DNA from: an uncultured Gemmatimonadaceae bacterium
GTDB taxonomy: Bacteria; Gemmatimonadota; Gemmatimonadetes; Gemmatimonadales; Gemmatimonadaceae
Assembly (NCBI GenBank): GCA_963740355.1
Contig: CAVUDW010000003.1
Span: 608,001 to 672,000, forward strand
Direction of reading: 5' to 3'
DNA length: 64,000 nucleotides
The notes beneath the pieces were generated by a model, which searched no databases, was not told the origin of the DNA, and saw nothing but the letters and a program-made list of their open reading frames with translations. Each line of letters starts with the position of its first letter. Within the stretch, counting starts at the first letter, position 1. This document shows positions 9,595 to 18,492 of the stretch, piece after piece. A program made the position numbers and the translations under genes.

Positions 9595-10566
9595 TCAGCG
9601 CAGCGAAAAGGCGAAGGTGGAATATGCATGGGCCCGCGGCTGCAGCTTGTACTCGCGGCCGCGGCTGTGCACGCGCCATTCGACCATGCCGATCGGTGCC
9701 CGCAGCCCGACGCCCAACTCGGTCTCGCCAACCAGCACGTTGCGCTCGACCTTCGGGCTCTGGCCGAAGGTGCTGCCATCGAGGAACAGGTTGCGCGCCA
9801 CCGCCGCCTGTGTGGCGCCGGCCCGCACGAAGATGCCCCACCGATCGCCGCGGAAATTCGGCGCGGTCTGCCACGGCGACGGGGCCCGGAGACCAGCCGT
9901 CACCTGCAGGCCAAGGGTGGCATCGGTCGCCATCGTACCAGCCCGCGCTGACCAGGTTGGCGCCGCGATCAGCCGCCAGCCCGTCGACTCACTGCGAAGT
10001 CGGAGGACGTCGTAGGCCCCGCGGTATCCGACTACGCCGGCCAGTTCGGTCGGCAGCTGCCCGTCCCATCCAACCGGAGGACGGAAGCCAAAGGTGCGAT
10101 GCACCCACTTCTGCGCTGGCTCGGCCAGCGACGACTTCCCGGTCACGCCGAGCATCAAGCTGAACGCGGTGAGGCTCCGGTCGCGATCCCGCTGGACGCC
10201 CACGTTCACGCCAAGCCAGCCAGCGAACGGTCGCTCGGCGTCGGTGCGTCGGCGCAGGTCGAGATTCGGCGTGTAGATGGACTGGTCCAGCCCGACCGAT
10301 GCCATCAGGCAATCACGCTCCGCCGGCACGGTGCCGCATTGCTGCGTAGCACCGAGCAGGCGCCGGGCAATCGGGTTCGACGTCGGCCAGAGCAGCACGA
10401 CCCGCGTCCCCTGTGTGTACTCTCGATCATCCCGCCGTTTCGGTGGCTGCCAGAAGTTGAACGAGTCGTTGTCGAGATCGACCCGCGTCACGACCTGCGC
10501 CTCTGCCGGGGCACAAGCGGCAGCACAGAGAACCACAGCCACAGGAAGCGATCGAGCCAGCCGCAT
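9595..10566 (-). CDS. Lipid A 3'-O-deacylase LpxR family (DUF2219) outer-membrane protein
   Basis: DNDSF..DDREYTQG, QSIYTP, RPFAGWL, QKWVH..GWDGQL, RNLFLDGS; signal peptide. Confidence 0.8.
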   Translation of the reverse strand: MRLARSLPVAVVLCAAACAPAEAQVVTRVDLDNDSFNFWQPPKRRDDREYTQGTRVVLLWPTSNPIARRLLGATQQCGTVPAERDCLMASVGLDQSIYTPNLDLRRRTDAERPFAGWLGVNVGVQRDRDRSLTAFSLMLGVTGKSSLAEPAQKWVHRTFGFRPPVGWDGQLPTELAGVVGYRGAYDVLRLRSESTGWRLIAAPTWSARAGTMATDATLGLQVTAGLRAPSPWQTAPNFRGDRWGIFVRAGATQAAVARNLFLDGSTFGQSPKVERNVLVGETELGVGLRAPIGMVEWRVHSRGREYKLQPRAHAYSTFAFSLR

Positions 10567-10740
10567 GTCGTTCAGTCCCGTCCTGTCGAGGCGTGGTCGC
10601 GAGTAGAGGAAATCGGAGGTCGCTTCACGACCCACGACGGCGCAGATGGCCCAAAGCACAAAGTGTCGTCAGCAAACGGCTGACGACACTTCGAGGACAG
10701 TCGGCCGGAGCGGCCGGTCACAACCGCTCCGGGAGCAAAA

Positions 10741-11589
10741 CTAGCGGAGATTCGTGCGGAAGAAGGCGAGCGACTTCTCCCACGCATCCGTCGCCGCGGC
10801 GGCGTTGTACGCCTGGCCCGAGGGATTCGCGAAAGCGTGGTTCGCATCGGCATAGACGTTGATCGCGACCGAGCGACCATTCGCCTTCATCGCGCTCTCC
10901 ATCGCGCGAACGCTGTCGACAGGGATGCCCTTGTCGAGCCCACCGAACAGGCCGAGCACCGGCGCGCGGAGGTTCGAGAGCGCGGTGCGATCGGTGATCG
11001 GTGCGCCGTAGTACATCACGACTGCCTTGATGTCGGTGCCACCGACGAGACCCGTGCGCAGCGACCAGTGTCCACCGAAGCAGTATCCGACCGACCCGAT
11101 CTTGGTGGCGCCCTGCCCCTTCAGGTAGGCGATGGCCGCAGCAAGGTTCTTCTCGCCAGCCGGCACGTTCTTCATCGCGGTCTGGTAGAGGACCATCGCC
11201 GTGTCAGGCGTGGTGGCAACACGACCGAACAGATCCACCGCCAACACGATGTAGCCCTCACCCGCGTACCGATCAGCGACGGCCTTGATGTTGTCGTTCA
11301 GGCCCCACCACTCGTGCACGACGATGATCGCGGGAGCGTTCTTCGGATTCGACGCAGGACGAGCGAGATAACCGTGCAGCATCTTGCCGTCGACAGTGCC
11401 GTACATCACTTCGGAGCCGGTCACCGCAGCACGCGGCGCGATACGGGCGATTGGCGTGGCGGTCGGAGTTTCCTTGCCGTGTGCATGTTGCATGGCAACG
11501 GCATAGTCAGGCTGCGCGGCGCGCGGCGCCTGGGCGGCCAGCGGTGCGGCGACTGCCGCAAGCAACGCAATGGAACGGAAGATTTTCAT
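10741..11589 (-). CDS. Dienelactone hydrolase family protein, secreted
   Basis: HEWWGLN, GYCFGG nucleophile elbow, D, ANHAFANP; signal peptide. Confidence 0.9.
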   Translation of the reverse strand: MKIFRSIALLAAVAAPLAAQAPRAAQPDYAVAMQHAHGKETPTATPIARIAPRAAVTGSEVMYGTVDGKMLHGYLARPASNPKNAPAIIVVHEWWGLNDNIKAVADRYAGEGYIVLAVDLFGRVATTPDTAMVLYQTAMKNVPAGEKNLAAAIAYLKGQGATKIGSVGYCFGGHWSLRTGLVGGTDIKAVVMYYGAPITDRTALSNLRAPVLGLFGGLDKGIPVDSVRAMESAMKANGRSVAINVYADANHAFANPSGQAYNAAAATDAWEKSLAFFRTNLR

Positions 11590-11790
11590 GACTCGGATGA
11601 TTGGAATAGGAACAAACAAATAGCGGGAGCACACACTGCCGGCGATGCCGGGGTCGACGCCCATCCACCGGACAAAATAATGGATGGACAGGCGCACCCG
11701 TTCCAGCGAACGGCGCCACAGAAGTACCCATCCCTGTGCGCAAGGCTCCACGCACCACCTCCCGCCGAGGCTGGTGGTGCCGACCGCTCC

Positions 11791-13680
11791 TCAGCCTGAG
11801 GCGATGGTTTCGAGCGATTCCCAGCGGTCGGCCAGCACGCCCAGCTCGGCGTCGAGCGCCGCCAGGCGCGCCGTCGCGGCAGCCACCGCCGCACCGTCCC
11901 GCAGGAAGGTCGGATCAGCCAGCTGCTCGTAGAGCGCGGCACGATCACGCTCCTTCGCGTCGATGAGCTCGGGCAGCGCCGCCAACTCCTGCAGCTCCTT
12001 GTACGACAGCTTTCGCTTCTTCTCGGCGCGAGGCGCGGCCGGCGATGGCGCTGGCCTCGATGCGGTCGCGGCTGCAACGGCAGGCGCCGGACGCTGCCGC
12101 ACCCAATCGGCGTAGCCCCCCGCATACTCCCCGATCTTCCCCTTCCCCTCGAAGGCGAGGGTGCTGGTGACGACGTTGTCGAGAAATGCACGGTCGTGGC
12201 TCACGACCAGCAGCGTGCCACTGAACTCGAGCAACAGCGCCTCGAGCAGGTCGAGGGTCTCGATATCGAGGTCGTTCGTCGGCTCGTCGAGTACCAGCAC
12301 GTTGAACGTGCGGGTAAAGAGCCGCGCCAGCAGCAACCGATTGCGCTCACCACCTGACAGCGCCCGGACGGGTGTCCGCGCGCGCTCGGGCGGGAAAAGA
12401 AACTCCTGCAGGTACCCATGCACATGTTTCCGCGCGCCACCGACCTCGATGAATTCCGAGCCGTCGGCGATGGTATCGAAGACACTCTTCTCTTCATCCA
12501 GCTGTTCGCGGAGCTGATCGAAGTACGCCAGCTCGATGTTCGTGCCGAGCGTGATGGTTCCGGCATCGGGCGTCAGTTCACCGAGCAGCAGTCGAATCAG
12601 CGTCGTCTTCCCGGAGCCATTGGGCCCGATCAGTCCGACGCGATCACCACGCGTGATGATGGTCGAAAAATCACTGACGATCGGGCGCTCACCGCGAAAG
12701 AAGTCGACATGTTTCGCCTCGACGACGAGTCGTCCCGAGCGCTCGGCTTCCTGCGCCTGCAGCTTGACGGTGCCGACGCGATCCCGTCGCTGCCCGCGCT
12801 CGACGCGCAACGCCTCGAGGTTCCGCACGCGCCCTTCGTTTCGTGTCCGGCGGGCCTGGATGCCGGTCCGGATCCACACCTCTTCCTGCGCCAGCTTGCG
12901 ATCGAACTCGGCCCATTCCCGCGCCTCGACATCCAGCGCGGCTTCCTTGCGCACGAGATAGGTGTCGTAGTCACCGCCCCAGTCGACCAACTTGCCTCGA
13001 TCGAGCTCCACGATCCGCGTTGCGACACGCCGCAGGAACGCGCGATCGTGCGTCACGAAAATGAGCGTGGTCCCGCGATCGATGAGGTATTCCTCCATCC
13101 ATTCGACGGCTTCGACATCGAGGTGGTTGGTGGGCTCATCGAGCAACAGCACATCGGGTTGCCGCACGAGCGCCCGCGCCAGCAGCGTTTGACGCTTCCG
13201 TCCACCGGACGCAGCCGAGAAGGGCATCTCGGGATCGAGTGCGAGATGCTGCAACACGGTGGACACGCGGGTGTGCACCTGCCAGGCATCGGCAGAATCA
13301 AGCGCGTGATGCAAGCGATCGAGCTCGCGCAGTGCCTTGTCACTGTGGTCGTGTGCGACCTGCACACTGGCGTGGTGATACTGCGCCAGCAACGCCCCTG
13401 CCGGCCCGAGCCCGGCAGCGACGACGTCGAACATGGTCCCGTCGACATCATCGGGGATCTCCTGCTCGAGTCGCGCCACGCTCATCCCGGTCAGCCGCAC
13501 GACGGTGCCGGTATCGGGCACGATGGTGCCATCGAGCACCTTCAGGAGGGAGCTCTTGCCGGTGCCATTGCGTCCCAGCAGGCACACGCGTTCCCCGCGC
13601 TCGATCGCAAAATCGGCGTGCGACAACAACAGCGGCCCGCCGAAGGCGAGACTGACATCCTGCAGGCCCAACAGGGACAT
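11791..13680 (-). CDS. uup: ABC-F ATPase Uup
   Basis: Two ABC domains (GRNGTGKS, GPNGSGKT, LDEPTNHLD/LDEPTNDLD), WIRTGIQARRTRNEGRVR linker, KRKLSYKE C-terminal domain. Confidence 0.92.
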   Translation of the reverse strand: MSLLGLQDVSLAFGGPLLLSHADFAIERGERVCLLGRNGTGKSSLLKVLDGTIVPDTGTVVRLTGMSVARLEQEIPDDVDGTMFDVVAAGLGPAGALLAQYHHASVQVAHDHSDKALRELDRLHHALDSADAWQVHTRVSTVLQHLALDPEMPFSAASGGRKRQTLLARALVRQPDVLLLDEPTNHLDVEAVEWMEEYLIDRGTTLIFVTHDRAFLRRVATRIVELDRGKLVDWGGDYDTYLVRKEAALDVEAREWAEFDRKLAQEEVWIRTGIQARRTRNEGRVRNLEALRVERGQRRDRVGTVKLQAQEAERSGRLVVEAKHVDFFRGERPIVSDFSTIITRGDRVGLIGPNGSGKTTLIRLLLGELTPDAGTITLGTNIELAYFDQLREQLDEEKSVFDTIADGSEFIEVGGARKHVHGYLQEFLFPPERARTPVRALSGGERNRLLLARLFTRTFNVLVLDEPTNDLDIETLDLLEALLLEFSGTLLVVSHDRAFLDNVVTSTLAFEGKGKIGEYAGGYADWVRQRPAPAVAAATASRPAPSPAAPRAEKKRKLSYKELQELAALPELIDAKERDRAALYEQLADPTFLRDGAAVAAATARLAALDAELGVLADRWESLETIASG

Positions 13681-13769
13681 TGACTTTGCTTCAGCGACGG
13701 GGAGGCTGATCTGACTCCAGCAATCTATCGCCACGCCGAAATCGATCGCCGACTGAAATTCTGGGCGCG

Positions 13770-14354
13770 GGTCGGCGTGGCTCGGCGCCAAACAACGAGG
13801 CGCGCTGCGGCTGGTCGGTGTGGTTCGGCGCTAAACAACGAGGCGCGTTGCGGCCGGTCGGTGTGGTTCGGCGCTACACAACACTGGCGCGCTGCGCGGC
13901 CGGTCGGTGTGGCTGGGAGCTAAACGACGAGGCGCGCTGCGCGCGCAAGGCGCGGAGGGAGCGGAGGCGCGGGGGACGCGGAGAACAGCGAAAGAACAAC
14001 TGCCTTTTTTGGGAACAGCAACAGCAGACCTTCGACCGTCGACTGTCAACCGCCAAACGTCAGTCAGATCTGCACGATTCGGCAGTGGAAGTTCCCCCTA
14101 GTCATTGCAGTTACCTGCGCTGTATGCCTCCGGGCGAAAGCGCAGCGTCGCCGGGGGTGCTGTGGCAGTCCTCCGCGGCTCCGCGTCCCCCGCGGCTCCG
14201 CGTGAGGGAGTGTGGACCGACAGGCGTAAGCGCAGCGTCGCCGGGAACGCAGGCGTGTGGACCGCCAGGCGTAAGCGCAGCGTCGCCGGGGAAGCAGGAG
14301 TGTGGACCGTCAGGCGTAAGCGCAGCGTCGCCGGGGAATCGGGACTGTAGGCCG
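13770..14354. repeat. Composite intergenic element A: about 4 x 43-bp tandem units, nested inverted-repeat core, REP-like 45-bp units
   Basis: Units at 13770, 13813, 13856, 13902; inverted arms 13961-13983 / 14179-14201; core 13997-14016 paired with 14091-14112; 45-bp units at 14210, 14255, 14300. Confidence 0.9.
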
Positions 14355-14359
14355 TCGTG

Positions 14360-15016
14360 TCACGTGTTTCGGAGTCGCGCGGCGACGCGCCAGCCAGAGA
14401 GAACCATGACGGATGCGATGGCGGCGGCGATGAGGCAGGCGACGAGCAGGACTCGGGTTGTGCCGCCGGCGACAAGGCCGCGGGCGGAGAACAGGATCCC
14501 CATGCCCGCGGCCGCGCCGAGTGCGTAACCAAGGCGCTCGATACCTGGGAATGACGGCGTCGGTGCGACCTCGTACGCGGCAGCCGGGCCCCAGAGGATC
14601 GGCGCGAAGCGGTGGTAGTCCCAACACAGCAGGAATATCGAGGCGAGCAGCATCAGCCCAGTGATCACTGGCGTGCCGGTGAAGTGCAGCGACACCGTGA
14701 TCACGAAGATGTTGAGGATGATCGGGAAGAACAGCACCGCACCGAGTGTCGACGTGGCCGGGATCAGCAACAGCAGTCCCGCCAGCAGCTGTGACGCGCC
14801 AAGGAAGCGCCAGTAGAAGCCGCTCTGGTACATCGCCTCGAAGAAGTACCCGATCGGCGTTGACGCACTGATCGTGGTGAATCGATTTCCCGTCACCTTG
14901 ACCACTGCCGTCGGCACGAACGCCAGCGCGAGCAGGATGCGCGAGATCAGCGCCAACCGATACATCGCCCCCATGCCCCGCGCCCGCTCATGCCACTGCC
15001 GAAACCGTGCGTTCAT
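14360..15016 (-). CDS. DoxX-like membrane protein
   Basis: RILLALAFVPT..VK..G.RF, YWRFLGASQL, LFFPIILNI, LLCWDY. Confidence 0.75.
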   Translation of the reverse strand: MNARFRQWHERARGMGAMYRLALISRILLALAFVPTAVVKVTGNRFTTISASTPIGYFFEAMYQSGFYWRFLGASQLLAGLLLLIPATSTLGAVLFFPIILNIFVITVSLHFTGTPVITGLMLLASIFLLCWDYHRFAPILWGPAAAYEVAPTPSFPGIERLGYALGAAAGMGILFSARGLVAGGTTRVLLVACLIAAAIASVMVLSGWRVAARLRNT

Positions 15017-15111
15017 TGCCTCATCTCGTGTCGGGATACCGCTCGTACGCAGACCGCTCTGCTTCGGGTTCAGTTGGCTCCTTGCCGTTCAGAAGCAAAC
15101 ACCGCAGCGCT

Positions 15112-15890
15112 GGTCGGTGTGGCTCTGAGCTAAACAACTAGGCGCGCTGTACGGCTGGCCGGTGAGGCACGGAGCCAAACTGCGAGGCGTGCTGCGCGGC
15201 CGGTCAGTGCCGCTCGGGGCTAAACAACGAGGCGCGCTGCGGCCGGTCGGTGTGGCTCGGAGCCAAACAACGAGGCGCGCTGCGGCCGGTCGGTGTGGCT
15301 CGGAGCCAAACAACGAGGCGCGCTGCGGCCGGTCGGTGTGGCTCGGAGCCAAACAACGAGGCGCGCTGCGGCCGGTCGGTGTGGCTCGGAGCTAAACAAC
15401 GAGGCGCGCTGCGGCCGGTCGGTGTGGCTCGGAGCTAAACAACGAGGTGCGCTGCGGCCGGTCGGTGTGGCTCGGAGCTAAACAACGAGGCGCGCTGCGG
15501 CCGGTCGGTGTGGCTCGGAGCTAAACGACGAGGCGCGCTGCGCGCGCAAGGCGCGGAGGGAGCGGAGGCGCGGGGGACGCGGAGAACAGCGAAAGTGCAA
15601 CTGCTTTTTTGGGAACAGCAACAGCAGACCGACGAACGTCAACCGACGAACGTCAGTCAGAGATGCACGATTCAGCGTTGCAGTTCCCTCAGCCCTTGCA
15701 GTTGCCGACGCTGTATACCTCCGGGCGTAAGCGCAGCGTCGCCGAATGGGCAGTGGCAGTCCTCCGCGGCTCCGCGTCCCCCGCGGCTCCGCGTGAGGGA
15801 GTGTGGACACCCAGGCGTAAGCGCAGCGTCGCCGCGCACGACCGCGCGGAGGACGCGGAGGACGCGGGGGACACGGAGGACGCGGAGGAG
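15112..15890. repeat. Composite intergenic element B: 10 x 43-bp tandem array plus the same core as element A
   Basis: Unit GGTCGGTGTGGCTCGGAGCYAAACAACGAGGCGCGCTGCGGCC at 15112, 15157, 15202, 15245, 15288, 15331, 15374, 15417, 15460, 15503; core 15598-15616 / 15683-15704; 9-bp GCGGAGGAC repeats 15846-15888. Confidence 0.92.
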
Positions 15891-15892
15891 TG

Positions 15893-17824
15893 CTATCGCC
15901 GAACCGGGAACGGCCGCGACGCCGGAAGTTCGTCGGCGAATTTCCACGGAGCAGCGCCGTCCCGGGTGAGCGGGATGTTGGCGAGTCGCGCGCGCACCAT
16001 CGACATCGGCATCGCACCGCCCTGCAGCACACCGTCGTGAAACTCGCGCTCGGTCATCTTGCCCGACGTCACCAATGCCTTGTACATCGCACGCATCTGC
16101 AGGCCGCCCAGCATGTAGGCCGCCTGATACGTCGGCGAGTACTGGCCGGCGAAGCTGCGTCGGACCTCGCCTTCGGCGTTCGCACGCTCGAAGTTCACCG
16201 TGTCCACCAGGAACTGGATCGCCTGGTCCGGAGTCATCTTGCCGAGGTGGAAGTTGAGGGAGAAGATGATCCGCGCACTGCGGTGCATACGCCAGAACAG
16301 GGCGCCGATGCGATCCTCCGGCGTCACGTGAAAGTCGTGATCGTAGAGGAACATCTCCCAATAGAGCGCGTTGCCCTCGTTCCAGAATGGCGTCGAGAAC
16401 AGGCGTCGATGCGGGTTGTACCGCGACGCCATGAAGCCCTGCAGATGGTGGCCCGGGTTGAGTTCGTGGAAGACCGTGGCGTGCGAGAAATGCGGGTTGT
16501 TGCCGCGCATGCTCATCAACTTGTCTTCGTCGGACATCTCGTCCGTCGGGTAGCTCACCAGGATCAGCTCACCACCAAGAAAGAACGGCGAGACGCGCTG
16601 ACGTTCCGGCGACATCATCTCCATGCGCCAGTCTTCCTTGGCCAGCGCCGGGATCGTCACCCAGTCATGCTGCGCGAAGAAATCCTCCGCCTGACGGGCG
16701 AGGCCTCGGATCATTTCCGGCTGCTTGCCTGGCTCGACGTAACTGTCCTTCACCTTCTCCATCGCCGCCTTCCAGTCGTCGCCAAAACCCATCTCGCGCG
16801 CGGCCTTCTTCACCTCGCTAAGGCTGAACGCATACTCCCGTTCGGCGATCGCGATCAACTCCTCTGGCGTGTACGGGATCATCTCGTGACGCAGGTCCAC
16901 CGCGAGGCCCGTTGCCCCGATCGGATCACCGATGATCGGGCCCGTATTGGACGGCCCACCTTCCGAGGGGGCGCCAGCAGGCCGACCCGCGACCACTGGT
17001 GAACGGGGAATGCCGATGATCCGCTCACGAATCGTGGCGGCGTACTTCGTCATCGACTCGTTCAGCTTCTGGTACGGGTCCTTCATCCACCAGCTGAAGA
17101 GCGGATCGTAGCCGTTGTGGAAGCGATACCAGCTGCCCAGGGTGCTACGAAGCTGGTCCAACTGATCAGCAGAACGATTGGCCACCGTGCGACTCACCTT
17201 CGGCGCCACGCCTCGCACACGCGCACTGCCGCTGTCAGCGCGCGCCACCGGCTCGAACAGCAGCCGCAGACTGTCGATCTGCTTCGTGATCGCGGTGACG
17301 TTCTTTGCCGTCGCCTGCGGGTTGATCGATTCGAGGTCGCGACGTGCGTCATGCAGCGTCAACAGCGCATCACTGAATGGCAGCAACGGCAGCACCTCGG
17401 CCCGCTGCACATCCTGACGGTCGGCGAGGTCGAGCTGGTACCGCAGGTGATTGTCGAGCAACACGTAGTCGATTCGGCCTTCCTGCGACAGCCGATCGAA
17501 GTTCAACTCGCGCAGCCGGGTGCGCCACGCGGAATAGAACCCCCGCATGCGCTTGCGCTGGTCGGGCGAATCGTACGCGTCATAGCGACGACCCAGCGCC
17601 GCGTAGTCGAGCGTGAATCGCTGCACGACGTCGGCCAGTTCACTGCTCTTCGCCGTCGTCATCGGGGCCAGCGCCGGCACCGACGCGAGCGGCTCGTCCG
17701 GGAAGGGCGGCTTCGTCGGTTGCTGCGCGAACGCCTGCGACGGCGATGTGCAGGCAAACACGGCGAAAGCACCAGCCAGCAAGAGCGCCGGCTGATGACG
17801 ACGATCAGCATTCGAACCGTTCAC
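15893..17824 (-). CDS. DUF885 family secreted protein (putative metalloprotein)
   Basis: HATVFHELNPGHHLQ, WNEGNALYWE, YQAAYMLG; signal peptide; GTG start at 17824 probable. Confidence 0.88.
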   Translation of the reverse strand: MNGSNADRRHQPALLLAGAFAVFACTSPSQAFAQQPTKPPFPDEPLASVPALAPMTTAKSSELADVVQRFTLDYAALGRRYDAYDSPDQRKRMRGFYSAWRTRLRELNFDRLSQEGRIDYVLLDNHLRYQLDLADRQDVQRAEVLPLLPFSDALLTLHDARRDLESINPQATAKNVTAITKQIDSLRLLFEPVARADSGSARVRGVAPKVSRTVANRSADQLDQLRSTLGSWYRFHNGYDPLFSWWMKDPYQKLNESMTKYAATIRERIIGIPRSPVVAGRPAGAPSEGGPSNTGPIIGDPIGATGLAVDLRHEMIPYTPEELIAIAEREYAFSLSEVKKAAREMGFGDDWKAAMEKVKDSYVEPGKQPEMIRGLARQAEDFFAQHDWVTIPALAKEDWRMEMMSPERQRVSPFFLGGELILVSYPTDEMSDEDKLMSMRGNNPHFSHATVFHELNPGHHLQGFMASRYNPHRRLFSTPFWNEGNALYWEMFLYDHDFHVTPEDRIGALFWRMHRSARIIFSLNFHLGKMTPDQAIQFLVDTVNFERANAEGEVRRSFAGQYSPTYQAAYMLGGLQMRAMYKALVTSGKMTEREFHDGVLQGGAMPMSMVRARLANIPLTRDGAAPWKFADELPASRPFPVRR

Positions 17825-17862
17825 GATGTACTCGGAGAGTGGAGACGGGCCCTGCGCTGGAA

Positions 17863-18492
17863 CTACATCCCGGGCGTAAGCATCAAATGCGCCTTCGGGG
17901 TGCCAGGGTACATGATCCACGGCAGCGAGCCCACCGGAGCAGCGCTCAATCCGGTCGATGCTGAGGTGGCGTTCGGCATGTAGAGCACGAAGAGAGGCCT
18001 CGACTTCGGTGCCGTGCCAGTCGCGGCGCTGAAGTCATCTTTCGGGCCAGTCAGCGAATACAGTGCGGCCGGCAGCGTCGGCATCTTCAGTGTCCCACGC
18101 CGAACCTCGGCAAATCGCACCGTGTCGACCTGCGTGCCCTTCGTGCCGGCGGCCCGCAGCGATCGGCCACGTGCCATGAACGGCTCGAGGGTGGTGGCGT
18201 AACACGCGACGTGGAACTGGTCGTCGGACGGATCGTCGGCCAGACACTGCATACCGTTCCGCGCCGGCCGCAAGACTTCAAGCTTGCCAGCCGTGCGATA
18301 CCCCATCACACCGGCGCCGTCACGCATCGAGGCAGGCAGTGCGAGGACAGCAGCGGCGATTTGCTGCGCATCGGCAGGAATGGCCTGAGCCGTCAGCGAC
18401 CCGGCGCCGATCATCATCGCGCACACCGTGGCAATGGCGCGTGTGACACTCACAACTGGCACGCTGCACGTCGGTTCTATCGTCATCGTCAT
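17863..18492 (-). CDS. Hypothetical secreted protein
   Basis: Signal-like N-terminus, NGMQCLADDP..FHVACY, PWIMYPGTPKAHLM; ATGA overlap with the upstream gene. Confidence 0.7.
   Translation of the reverse strand: MTMTIEPTCSVPVVSVTRAIATVCAMMIGAGSLTAQAIPADAQQIAAAVLALPASMRDGAGVMGYRTAGKLEVLRPARNGMQCLADDPSDDQFHVACYATTLEPFMARGRSLRAAGTKGTQVDTVRFAEVRRGTLKMPTLPAALYSLTGPKDDFSAATGTAPKSRPLFVLYMPNATSASTGLSAAPVGSLPWIMYPGTPKAHLMLTPGM

Noticed and set aside
14210..14344. Mini-CRISPR from the 45-bp units
   Set aside because: The inter-hairpin segments are near-identical rather than unique spacers; REP-like is a better fit.
15112..15545. CRISPR array
   Set aside because: The 43-bp units are head-to-tail with no unique spacers, and there are no cas genes in the window.
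13818..16040. Short ORFs over elements A and B (e.g. MWLGAKQRGALRPVG...)
   Set aside because: They are translations of non-coding repeats whose 43-bp period is not a multiple of 3.
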